Assembly: GCA_965222615.1 (NCBI GenBank)
Contig: CBDCUI010000007.1
Location: 96,001-160,000 of the forward strand
Source: Gammaproteobacteria bacterium
Lineage (GTDB): Bacteria; Pseudomonadota; Gammaproteobacteria; UBA4575
Direction: 5' to 3'
DNA length: 64,000 bases
The translations under genes and the position numbers were made by a program. This document shows, one piece after another, positions 49,375 to 58,074 of this stretch. Position 1 is the stretch's first letter; each line of letters opens with the position of its first letter. The notes under the pieces are model-generated. The model ran no database searches. It saw nothing but the letters and a program-made list of their open reading frames with translations, and was not told the origin of the DNA.

Positions 49375-50394
49375 TTATGTCAAGCTGTTGGTGTATTCAA
49401 TATATTGTTGAAATTTTTTCTTGGCCTCGCCACTTGTAATTGCCGTTGTTGCCATTTCTATCCCCTGCGCTAACGAATTAGCTACATCACTTGCATATAA
49501 GGCTGCTCCCGCATTGAGTTTTACAATATCTAGCGCAGCTCCTGGCTCATTATTAAATACATCATTCACCATCTGTAGACTCTGCTTAACATCTTGCACA
49601 ACAATGTTCTCAAGCTTGTTTTGCTCAATGCCAAATTGTTGCGGAGAAATTTGATAACAAGAAATATCTCCATCTTTTAACTCTGCAATTTCAGTTTCAC
49701 TACCTATGCTAATTTCATCTAAACCATCTTGCGCGTGTACCACTAAGACATGTTTGCTACCCAATGATTGCAACACCTTTGCCAACGGTTCTATCCAATC
49801 TACACTGAACACACCTAGTACTTGATGCGGCGCATTCGCAGGATTGGTTAAAGGACCTAGTAGATTAAACATAGTGCGCACTCCTAGTTCTTTTCGAGGT
49901 CCAATAGCATGTTTCATAGCACTGTGATGTGCAGGTGCAAATAAAAACCCAATACTTAGTTCTTCAATACAACTAGCTACTTGTTCAGACGAGAGTTGTA
50001 AATTAACTCCGGCAGCTTCTAGCAAATCAGCACTACCGCTGTTACTGGAAACGGAACGATTACCATGTTTGGCTACTCTGCCGCCAGCAGCAGCTACCAC
50101 AAAGGCTGCAGTAGTTGAAACATTAAACGTGCCTTTTGCATCACCACCAGTGCCACAAGTGTCAACAAGATTTTTTGTTGCAACATTTACCTTAGAGGAA
50201 AGCTCGCACATCACTGAAGCTGCGGCAGTAAGTTCTTCCACCACTTCACCTTTCATGCGCAAAGCAACTAAAAAACCTGCAACCTGAGCAGCTGTGGCAT
50301 CACCAGTCATAATCGCGCGCATTACCGAAGTCATTTGCCCGGTATTCAGGTCATTGCCCTCAATAACAACCTGTATCGCTTGCTGTATATTCAT
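49375..50394 (-). CDS. trpD: Anthranilate phosphoribosyltransferase
   Basis: [28 protein letters not shown]. Confidence 0.97.
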   Translation of the reverse strand: MNIQQAIQVVIEGNDLNTGQMTSVMRAIMTGDATAAQVAGFLVALRMKGEVVEELTAAASVMCELSSKVNVATKNLVDTCGTGGDAKGTFNVSTTAAFVVAAAGGRVAKHGNRSVSSNSGSADLLEAAGVNLQLSSEQVASCIEELSIGFLFAPAHHSAMKHAIGPRKELGVRTMFNLLGPLTNPANAPHQVLGVFSVDWIEPLAKVLQSLGSKHVLVVHAQDGLDEISIGSETEIAELKDGDISCYQISPQQFGIEQNKLENIVVQDVKQSLQMVNDVFNNEPGAALDIVKLNAGAALYASDVANSLAQGIEMATTAITSGEAKKKFQQYIEYTNSLT

Positions 50395-50399
50395 TTTTC

Positions 50400-50484
50400 G
50401 TAAACTCTGATTTACTCAGCCTTAATTAATTTTATTGGTCGTTAAAAAATGTTTCAGCCATTGTATTAATAAATCAGAGCTTCC
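50400..50484. mobile_element. Internally deleted MITE copy between trpG and trpD
   Basis: GTAAACTCTGATTTACT...AATAAATCAGAGCTTCC ends; internal TCGTTAAAAAATGT shared with the 45932 copy. Confidence 0.75.
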
Positions 50485-50496
50485 TAAGTATCTTGA

Positions 50497-51078
50497 TTAA
50501 TTCTGTTTTATGAAGTTTGTTAACAGATGGTGACCAAAATCTGTAAGAATAGATTCAGGATGAAATTGCACGCCTTCAACTGCATATTGTTTATGTCGCA
50601 CACCCATTATTTCATCTAATTCACCTGAATTATTTTGTGTCCACGCAGTAATTTCTAAACAATCTGGCACACTGTCTTTTTCTATTACTAGTGAGTGATA
50701 ACGTGTGGCCGTAAATGGATTATCACATTTTTCAAATACATGTTTGTTGTGATGATGCACCATCGAAGTCTTACCGTGCATGACTTGTTGCGCTTTAACG
50801 ATCTTGCCGCCATAGGCCTGACCTATGCTTTGATGGCCAAGGCAAACACCTAATATCGGGATTTCACCACCCAATTTACTAATAATATCTAAAGAGATTC
50901 CTGCTTCATTTGGTGTACAAGGCCCTGGTGAAATAACAATGTAGTCTGGTTGCAACGCCTTGATTTCGCTGATACCGATTTGATCATTGCGCACTACTTT
51001 TACTTCCTCACCAATTTCACCCAAGTACTGCACTAGGTTGTAAGTGAAAGAATCATAATTGTCGATCATTAAAATCAT
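50497..51078 (-). CDS. trpG: Anthranilate synthase component II
   Basis: IDNYDSFTYNL, GVCLGHQ, QFHPES. Confidence 0.95.
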   Translation of the reverse strand: MILMIDNYDSFTYNLVQYLGEIGEEVKVVRNDQIGISEIKALQPDYIVISPGPCTPNEAGISLDIISKLGGEIPILGVCLGHQSIGQAYGGKIVKAQQVMHGKTSMVHHHNKHVFEKCDNPFTATRYHSLVIEKDSVPDCLEITAWTQNNSGELDEIMGVRHKQYAVEGVQFHPESILTDFGHHLLTNFIKQN

Positions 51079-51099
51079 GATTTTATTTTTACCGAGTAT

Positions 51100-52566
51100 T
51101 TATACAATGAATTGCGCAAGTACTGCAGCCTTCATCATGGCGCCTGCTTTGTTATTAGTTTCTATCCATTCATTTTCGGGCACAGAGTCATACACAATAC
51201 CTGCACCAGCTTGAATATAAAGTCTTTCATTTTTAATGACAGCCGTACGAATAGCAATGGCGGTATCCATATTTCCATCCCATGAAATATACCCTACCGC
51301 ACCAGAATAGATGCCTCTTTTTACAGGTTCAAATTCATTAATGATTTCCATCGCGCGAATCTTAGGTGCACCACTTACCGTCCCAGCTGGAAAGGTGGCT
51401 TTAATCACATCAATCGCATCAAATGGCTCGTTAATTTTGCCTATTACATTTGAGACAATGTGCATCACATGTGAATAACGCTCAATGATCATTTGATCAG
51501 TCAATACAACCGTGCCTGTCTTGGCAACACGACCCACATCATTGCGCCCCAAATCTATCAACATTAGATGTTCAGCAAGCTCTTTAGGATCTGCTAACAA
51601 TTCTCTCTCTAATTCTAAATCATGGGTATAATCTTTTCCTCGTGGACGTGTACCCGCAATGGGCCTTACGGTAATTTCACCTTCTTCAAGTCGCACTAAT
51701 ATTTCTGGAGAAGATCCAACAATATAAAAATCATCCATATTCATATAATACATATAAGGTGATGGATTAAGACTGCGTAGACTTCGATATAAATTTATCG
51801 GTGGGCTTGTAAACTCGGTATTTTGTCGTTGCGATAACACTACCTGCATGATATCACCTGCACGTATGTAATCACGCGCATCATCAACCGCTTGTTTAAA
51901 TACCTCTTCAGAAAACTCTGAAACAAAGTTTATCGTTGATGCTTTTATTTCATTTGATGCTAAATCTGGTTTGGGTTTTCGTAAAAGTTGCACAAGTTCA
52001 TCTAAACGCTGCTCACCTTTTCGATAGGCTTGTGCATCTTTAGGATCAACATGCACAATTAAAAATATTTTGCCGCTTAGATTATCGAACACCACTAACT
52101 CTCTAGATACCATAAGAAAGATATCTGGAGTTTGCAAAACATCAGGCTTTTCATTACCAACAAGCTTTGGCTCAATATAGTGCACCGTTTCATAACCAAA
52201 GTACCCCACCACCCCACCAGTAAAACGTGGCAACTCAGGGATATCTGGTACATTAAATTGTTGCAGAAATTCTTGTATCCATGTCAATGGATCTTGGGTT
52301 TCAGTTATATTGAGTTTTTTTTCACGCAATTCATGCTCAACTCGATTGCCAAACACTTTAATACGTTCTGCGCAAGACAAACCGATAAATGAGTAACGTC
52401 CCCAGCGTTCGCCACCTTGTACTGATTCGAACAAATAAGTGTAAGGTTGATGCGCGAGTTTTAGATAAGCACTTAATGGTGTATCGAGATCGGCGAGCAC
52501 TTCTCGAACCAGTGGAATACAACTGTATCCTTGGGTTTTTAGTGCATCAAAAGTTGTGAGGTCCAT
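51100..52566 (-). CDS. trpE: Anthranilate synthase component I
   Basis: ADLDTP, LNPSPYM, PIAGTRPRG, EHLMLIDLGRND, GTVSGAPK. Confidence 0.97.
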   Translation of the reverse strand: MDLTTFDALKTQGYSCIPLVREVLADLDTPLSAYLKLAHQPYTYLFESVQGGERWGRYSFIGLSCAERIKVFGNRVEHELREKKLNITETQDPLTWIQEFLQQFNVPDIPELPRFTGGVVGYFGYETVHYIEPKLVGNEKPDVLQTPDIFLMVSRELVVFDNLSGKIFLIVHVDPKDAQAYRKGEQRLDELVQLLRKPKPDLASNEIKASTINFVSEFSEEVFKQAVDDARDYIRAGDIMQVVLSQRQNTEFTSPPINLYRSLRSLNPSPYMYYMNMDDFYIVGSSPEILVRLEEGEITVRPIAGTRPRGKDYTHDLELERELLADPKELAEHLMLIDLGRNDVGRVAKTGTVVLTDQMIIERYSHVMHIVSNVIGKINEPFDAIDVIKATFPAGTVSGAPKIRAMEIINEFEPVKRGIYSGAVGYISWDGNMDTAIAIRTAVIKNERLYIQAGAGIVYDSVPENEWIETNNKAGAMMKAAVLAQFIV

Positions 52567-52614
52567 ATCATCTCCATCATTGTTAAAAAGGAAAAATGAG
52601 CAAGTAAGTCGACG

Positions 52615-52671
52615 TTATCGGCAACGCCAACTAAAAAACTCTGCAAATCCTTTCTGTATAGAGATGGACAT
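52615..52671 (-). CDS. Putative trpE leader peptide MSISIQKGFAEFFSWRCR (18 aa)
   Basis: TAAGGA RBS, C-terminal Trp codon within a hairpin, pyrimidine tract before trpE. Confidence 0.6.
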   Translation of the reverse strand: MSISIQKGFAEFFSWRCR

Positions 52672-52684
52672 TGAATACTGATCC

Positions 52685-53374
52685 TTATTTTGTCGGTTGA
52701 ATAAACTCTGCAACTTCTACAATGGAGCTGATTATATAGTCTGCGCCCAAAGCATCAACTCCTTTGCCCTGATGATATCCATAATTCACACAAAAAGACT
52801 TCATTTTGGCGGCCTTAGCAGCATGTATATCACTCGCAGAGTCGCCCACCATCAAGGCCTGAGAAGGATTTAGCTTTGCTTCATTTAATATATGAGTTAG
52901 TGCTAAAGGGTTTGGCTTTTTTGCTGGCAAGTCATCACCGCAGACTACATATTTAAAATACTTATCTAATTTAAATGCTTGCAACAAAGCTGGAGTGAAA
53001 CGCCGTGGTTTATTAGTGATGATAGCCATTTTAATTGAGCATGCCTGCAAAGCCTCCAAACCTTCATATACACCTGGATATACCACGCTTTCATTACTGA
53101 TATGTTGTTCATAAATATCAAAAAATAATTGTTGTGCTTGTTTAAACAAATTCGTTTCTGGTTCTCCATCCATTGTCCCGGTTAATGCACGTTTAATTAA
53201 AAATGCTGCACCGTTACCTATCCAACCACGAACTTGTGCTACATCTCGCGTTGGGTAATTAAGTTTTTGTAACATCTTATTTAAGCTGATCGTAATGTCT
53301 GGAACACTATCGACTAAGGTGCCATCTAGATCAAACATTACGCAACGCGTATGCACAAAAGAAAAATCGTCCAT
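52685..53374 (-). CDS. gph: Phosphoglycolate phosphatase
   Basis: FDLDGTLVDS, TNKP, KKP, MVGDS HAD motifs; rpe-gph-trpE context. Confidence 0.93.
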   Translation of the reverse strand: MDDFSFVHTRCVMFDLDGTLVDSVPDITISLNKMLQKLNYPTRDVAQVRGWIGNGAAFLIKRALTGTMDGEPETNLFKQAQQLFFDIYEQHISNESVVYPGVYEGLEALQACSIKMAIITNKPRRFTPALLQAFKLDKYFKYVVCGDDLPAKKPNPLALTHILNEAKLNPSQALMVGDSASDIHAAKAAKMKSFCVNYGYHQGKGVDALGADYIISSIVEVAEFIQPTK

Positions 53375-53390
53375 GCAAAAAATATCTGAA

Positions 53391-53539
53391 CGTGCTTCTA
53401 GAAATAGTGAATTTTATTGGGATAGTGAGGAAGAACTGCGCGCAAAAACAAAGTGTATAAAGTGTATAGGTAAATACATGAGTATTTGATTACGAGACTG
53501 ACGACGCTATCGCGAAAAAGACGCATTTATAGAAGTGCC
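53391..53539. mobile_element. Palindromic MITE-like element overlapping the rpe 3' end
   Basis: Imperfect TIR CGTGCTTCTAGAAAT / ATTTATAGAAGTGCC; core GTGTATA..TACATGAGTATT shared with the other MITEs. Confidence 0.7.
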
Positions 53540-54199
53540 TTCCAGTTGTTCGCGCATTTTAGCGATAGTACCTTGATAGTCTTTTGTGTTGAAGATTGCA
53601 GAACCGGCTACGAAAGTATCTGCCCCAGCAGCCTTTATTTTTGCAATATTATCAACTTTCACGCCGCCATCAATTTCTAAGCGAATAGGCAAACCAGATT
53701 GATCAATTAACTTTCTTGCTACTTTCAGCTTATCTAAAACTGCTGGAATAAACTTTTGCCCGCCAAAACCTGGATTAACAGACATTAACAACACCATGTC
53801 TATCTTATCCATAACATATTCCAACTGATCAAGAGGAGTGGCAGGATTAAATACTAAACCTGCCTTACAGCCTTGATCATGAATTAGTTGAAGACTGCGA
53901 TCGATATGCTCTGAGGCTTCTGGATGAAAGGTAATAAAACTGGCTCCTGCAGCGGCAAAATCAGAGATGAGCCGATCTACAGGTTTTACCATTAAATGCA
54001 CGTCGATAGGTGCTTGCACCCCATAATCTCGTAGCGCCTTACAAACAACAGGCCCAAAGGTTAAATTGGGCACATAGTGGTTATCCATCACATCAAAGTG
54101 AATAATATCAGCACCCGCTTCTAACACAGCATTCACTTCTTCACCGAGACGCGCAAAGTCGGCTGATAATATTGAAGGGGCAATCCAATCTGCTAACAT
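53507..54199 (-). CDS. rpe: Ribulose-phosphate 3-epimerase
   Basis: [37 protein letters not shown]. Confidence 0.97.
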   Translation of the reverse strand: MLADWIAPSILSADFARLGEEVNAVLEAGADIIHFDVMDNHYVPNLTFGPVVCKALRDYGVQAPIDVHLMVKPVDRLISDFAAAGASFITFHPEASEHIDRSLQLIHDQGCKAGLVFNPATPLDQLEYVMDKIDMVLLMSVNPGFGGQKFIPAVLDKLKVARKLIDQSGLPIRLEIDGGVKVDNIAKIKAAGADTFVAGSAIFNTKDYQGTIAKMREQLEGTSINASFSR

Positions 54200-54370
54200 G
54201 ATTTAATAACCGCTATTATTTAAGATCTGCACTTTAACGTATAACCATGTAATTTGCAGCTAAGTTCCAGTAGACTTTATGCATAGAATTTCACCTACTA
54301 TCAAAATGCCATAAAGAACTTCTGAAAAATTAGAACTTACATAACTTTAGAATAAAGAGAGTACAAAATA

Positions 54371-54853
54371 ATGGACTTACAACCCTACTATATGCCTGCT
54401 GCAATTGCCGGGCATTTACTCGCTGCAGTAATCTGGGTGGGTGGTATGTTTTTTGCGTACACAGCACTCCGTCCTGCTGCCGCAAAACTTCTTGAAGCCC
54501 CACAAAGATTAAAGCTGTGGCGTAAATCTTTGAGCAGTTTCTTTTTTTGGGTTTGGATTTGCATCATCGCTTTGCCAGCAACAGGCTATTGGATTATCTT
54601 TGCTCATTATGGCGGCATGGCCCGTGTGGGCTGGCATGTACATATCATGCAAGTACTTGGAATAATAATGATACTAATTTTCTTGCATGTTTTCTTTGCT
54701 CCATTCATGCGTTTACGTAAAGCCGTTAAGCAAGAAGACTTTCAAACTGCAAGCCAACACCTGGCACAAATTCGAAAGCTTGTTGGTATTAACTTAACTT
54801 TAGGAATTATTGTTTTAATTGTGGCAGGCGGGCTGCGTTATATAGCAATTTAG
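54371..54853 (+). CDS. CopD-like four-helix membrane protein
   Basis: HLLAAVIWVGGMFFA...LRP pattern. Confidence 0.75.
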   Translation: MDLQPYYMPAAIAGHLLAAVIWVGGMFFAYTALRPAAAKLLEAPQRLKLWRKSLSSFFFWVWICIIALPATGYWIIFAHYGGMARVGWHVHIMQVLGIIMILIFLHVFFAPFMRLRKAVKQEDFQTASQHLAQIRKLVGINLTLGIIVLIVAGGLRYIAI

Positions 54854-54881
54854 TCAAAGATCCACCCCTATTAAATTCTGC

Positions 54882-55039
54882 GGAAGCTCTGATTTATTAA
54901 TGGAATGACTGAGATTAGGCAAAATGATTTTGAAAAAACGGAGTGTATACTTCCTCTATTTTCTCGGCATACATGAGTATTTTGAAAAATCATTACTAAT
55001 TTACCTTTTTGGGACATATCAGAATAAATCAGAGCTTCC
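54882..55039. mobile_element. MITE (IS5-like TIR), 158 bp
   Basis: Perfect 17-bp TIR GGAAGCTCTGATTTATT / AATAAATCAGAGCTTCC, TTAA on the right. Confidence 0.85.
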
Positions 55040-55068
55040 TTAACACCTCATGTCAAAAGATGCTCTTT

Positions 55069-55380
55069 TCACTGACAACTTAGCGAAGCATAATATGCAG
55101 CAAGATTGGCAATATCTTCATCTGAAAGAGCTGAAACCATTGGCTGCATCTGTGCACTTTCTCTATCACCATCTCTAAATGCAGTAATTTGTGCAATTAG
55201 ATACTCCTCTTTCTGACCCGCAAGATTTGGGAAGGCGCCCACCGGACTAATCCCTGCACCTCCATGACATGCCGCGCAAGTTACTGACTTGGCCTTACCC
55301 GCTTCAGCATCGCCAGCATAACTTACTGTTACAAACAGAAACAAAGCTAACACACAAAAAGCTCCGCTTATGGTTTTCAT
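55069..55380 (-). CDS. Monoheme c-type cytochrome (start reassigned to ATG 55380)
   Basis: Signal peptide, CAACH, PNLAGQ, distal Met; AGGAG RBS. Confidence 0.92.
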   Translation of the reverse strand: MKTISGAFCVLALFLFVTVSYAGDAEAGKAKSVTCAACHGGAGISPVGAFPNLAGQKEEYLIAQITAFRDGDRESAQMQPMVSALSDEDIANLAAYYASLSCQ

Positions 55381-55541
55381 TACATTCTCCTGTGAATTTA
55401 AAAGATAAAAATTGAATAAGTTAGAAAGTGATATAACTTTAAAAGTTCGAACTTTTCCTGAAATTAAAAAGTACACAGTTTGTAAATTGTACTACTAGTA
55501 GCTATCAATACATTTGACAAAAATCAGTTTCTACACACTGA

Positions 55542-57014
55542 TCACGAAGTATCAACACGCAAATTTCGGGTTACATACATGAGTACCATCAACACTAATA
55601 ACAACAGCATCGTGCCCATTAATAAGGCATAATCTTCAAGTCGTAACAACGAATATAGAACAATGTATAAAGCTGTCAATAAGATGAATATGATCCCTGC
55701 TTTCGACCAACTCTTGAGTGCTGCAGCGGTATAAATGGTTATTAGTCCAATGTTAATCAATGCCGCAAGTATGTACGCCGTCAAAAATGATACGTGTTCG
55801 GCGATTGACAACAAAACCAAATAAAACAAGGCAAGCGCGATACCAATCAATCCATACTGCACAAAATGTAAACGCGATTGTGTGGTAAGTTCAAAAATTA
55901 AAAATGTAAGAAAAGTTAAACCGACAAATAATATTCCATATTTTACGGCACGCGTTACTTTAGAATACAAGAACACAGGCTCAAACAAATCCACACCTGC
56001 TACGAATTCATTTAAGTTATATGCTTGCGTTGGTGCTACCCATGTTTGTGGGAAATTGCGTGCCAAATGAGGGATAGACCATGTTGCAACAAAACCATCA
56101 TCTCTAATTTCTCTTGTTGCTGGTAACACCATGCCCTTGAAACTCGGATGCGGCCAACTGGATTGCATCGTTACCTTGGTAACTTCACCAAAAGGAGCAA
56201 AACGAAATCCTTCACTGCCATTAACTGACATCTTGGTACTGAATTCATACCGATCTGCATGTTGATCGAATGCAGCAATGTCTGCATGAAATCCGTGACT
56301 TAATAGTTCTGTTAATTTTGTACCAGGAGAAAAACCTAATTCCATCCCATTCCAATTCAAAGAATTAACTTGATTAATGGCTCTTGTATCAGACAAACCC
56401 AAAATTAAAAACGCCTTATCCCAATTAACCTGGTGTATATGTTCTGATAGGCTTTCGATATTAACTTTTTCGAAATTGCCATTAACTGAAATCTCAGAGT
56501 TATAGACTAAAGACTTATAAATACCACGTTTGCGGTGCTGTTCTGAAAGTGAGACATCTAAATTCAATTCTTTTGGCAAATTTACTGCATATTTAGTTAC
56601 ATAAGTAGTTTTTGATTTAACTTTTTCTCTACCCTGCTCATCTGTTGTAGTCTCTTCACTTACATGTTTTTCAATAAATGGTATTACGAGAACAGGGCCC
56701 TGTAATAACTGCTGACCACCCCAAGAATTTGCGATGTCATATAAAACATCTCTATACAAATTGTTTCGTTCATGTACGACTTCATGCATTAAAGCTAATG
56801 GAATCAGCATAACTAATGCAATAACACCAACAATAATACTGCGCAGAGTTAAACTTTCATTCATATTGTTTGTAATATCCTGGTAAGTGTTTCTATCACT
56901 TTGAGCGGGATTATTCACTGGCCTCACAAATTTTCGCACTAATAAAAAAATTAGTGTTCCTACCCCCGCCAATATGGCAAGCACTATTAATAAAGCAAGT
57001 ATCCCGTAAAGCAT
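55542..57014 (-). CDS. creD: Inner membrane protein CreD
   Basis: SWPHPSF, RAVKYGILF, HFVQY, EDYALLMG. Confidence 0.92.
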   Translation of the reverse strand: MLYGILALLIVLAILAGVGTLIFLLVRKFVRPVNNPAQSDRNTYQDITNNMNESLTLRSIIVGVIALVMLIPLALMHEVVHERNNLYRDVLYDIANSWGGQQLLQGPVLVIPFIEKHVSEETTTDEQGREKVKSKTTYVTKYAVNLPKELNLDVSLSEQHRKRGIYKSLVYNSEISVNGNFEKVNIESLSEHIHQVNWDKAFLILGLSDTRAINQVNSLNWNGMELGFSPGTKLTELLSHGFHADIAAFDQHADRYEFSTKMSVNGSEGFRFAPFGEVTKVTMQSSWPHPSFKGMVLPATREIRDDGFVATWSIPHLARNFPQTWVAPTQAYNLNEFVAGVDLFEPVFLYSKVTRAVKYGILFVGLTFLTFLIFELTTQSRLHFVQYGLIGIALALFYLVLLSIAEHVSFLTAYILAALINIGLITIYTAAALKSWSKAGIIFILLTALYIVLYSLLRLEDYALLMGTMLLLLVLMVLMYVTRNLRVDTS

Positions 57015-57301
57015 CTCGAAATTCGTACTGTTTAATCGAAATAAGCAAAAATCATAGTTTTAAAAATATTAGAGAAAATGTTTTTTATTTAGTTTTTTTG
57101 AACTGTTAATAATAAGCTAAAGTATTAGGAAAGATACCCCAAAGTCCTCTAAGAGCATACATTATAAAGCTGTGTCAAAGATCTTCCGGCCAGTAGCTAA
57201 ATATGGTCGTTTGGCCATTTTTTATTGGAAATTCAGTCAATTAGCCTCTCTAATCACGCGTATATAAATAATGAGTACAATACAAGTGAGGACTCATCCC
57301 C

Positions 57302-58036
57302 ATGCAATTTGAAAAGATTCTACCCTTCATAAATCAACCTCAAATGTACGTTATATGCGTATTGATGGTACTTTTATTTGTTTCGATATCACCGGCCTCA
57401 GCAAATATGGTGTTGAGTGAAGCCATTGTACATTTCGAGCCTGGAAAGCCTTTACGTAAAGATATTGAAGTTGAAAATCCCAGCTCAGAAAACCTATATG
57501 TTGAAGTCACTCCTGCGGTCGTACTGGAACCTGGCACAGAAAATGAACAACGCCAATCTATTAGCGATCCACGTGAGTCCGGTTTACTTGTCACTCCAAA
57601 CAAACTTGTAGTCCCCCCAGGCGGGCGTAAATTAGTACGTTTAGTTTCTTTAGAACCACTTGGTGAAAAAGAGCGCGTGTATCGCGTTACTTTTAAACCT
57701 GTTGTTGGGGATTTAGAAACCGAACATATCGGTATCAAAGTTTTGATTGGTTACGAAGTGCTGATATTAATGCAACCTTCAACACCAAAACCGAATCTCG
57801 TTGCAATACGTAATGGCAAAAAACTTTCGTTTGCAAATAAAGGCAACACTAATGTGTTACTACGTGAAGGCACACAATGCCCCAAAGGTTCATCAAAGAA
57901 TCCTGATGATTGCGAGAGCCTGCGCGGTAAACGTTTATACCCCGGAAATAGCTGGTCTGTAGATCTACCCTACAATATGCCAGTTGAATATCAGATAAGC
58001 ATAGGCACCAAAAACTCAGTTAAAACCTTTAACTGA
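57302..58036 (+). CDS. Fimbrial chaperone (CS1/ECP-like)
   Basis: Signal peptide, LLVTPNKLVVPPG, ERVYRVTFKPV, NKGNTN; precedes usher. Confidence 0.8.
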   Translation: MQFEKILPFINQPQMYVICVLMVLLFVSISPASANMVLSEAIVHFEPGKPLRKDIEVENPSSENLYVEVTPAVVLEPGTENEQRQSISDPRESGLLVTPNKLVVPPGGRKLVRLVSLEPLGEKERVYRVTFKPVVGDLETEHIGIKVLIGYEVLILMQPSTPKPNLVAIRNGKKLSFANKGNTNVLLREGTQCPKGSSKNPDDCESLRGKRLYPGNSWSVDLPYNMPVEYQISIGTKNSVKTFN

Positions 58037-58074
58037 GCTTTCTTACTCTTCCTAAGACACGCTTAGGTGTCATC

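Noticed and set aside
53295-53680. Short plus-strand ORFs across gph/rpe, and similar short ORFs antisense to other genes in the track
   Set aside because: They overlap well-supported genes on the opposite strand and have no motifs
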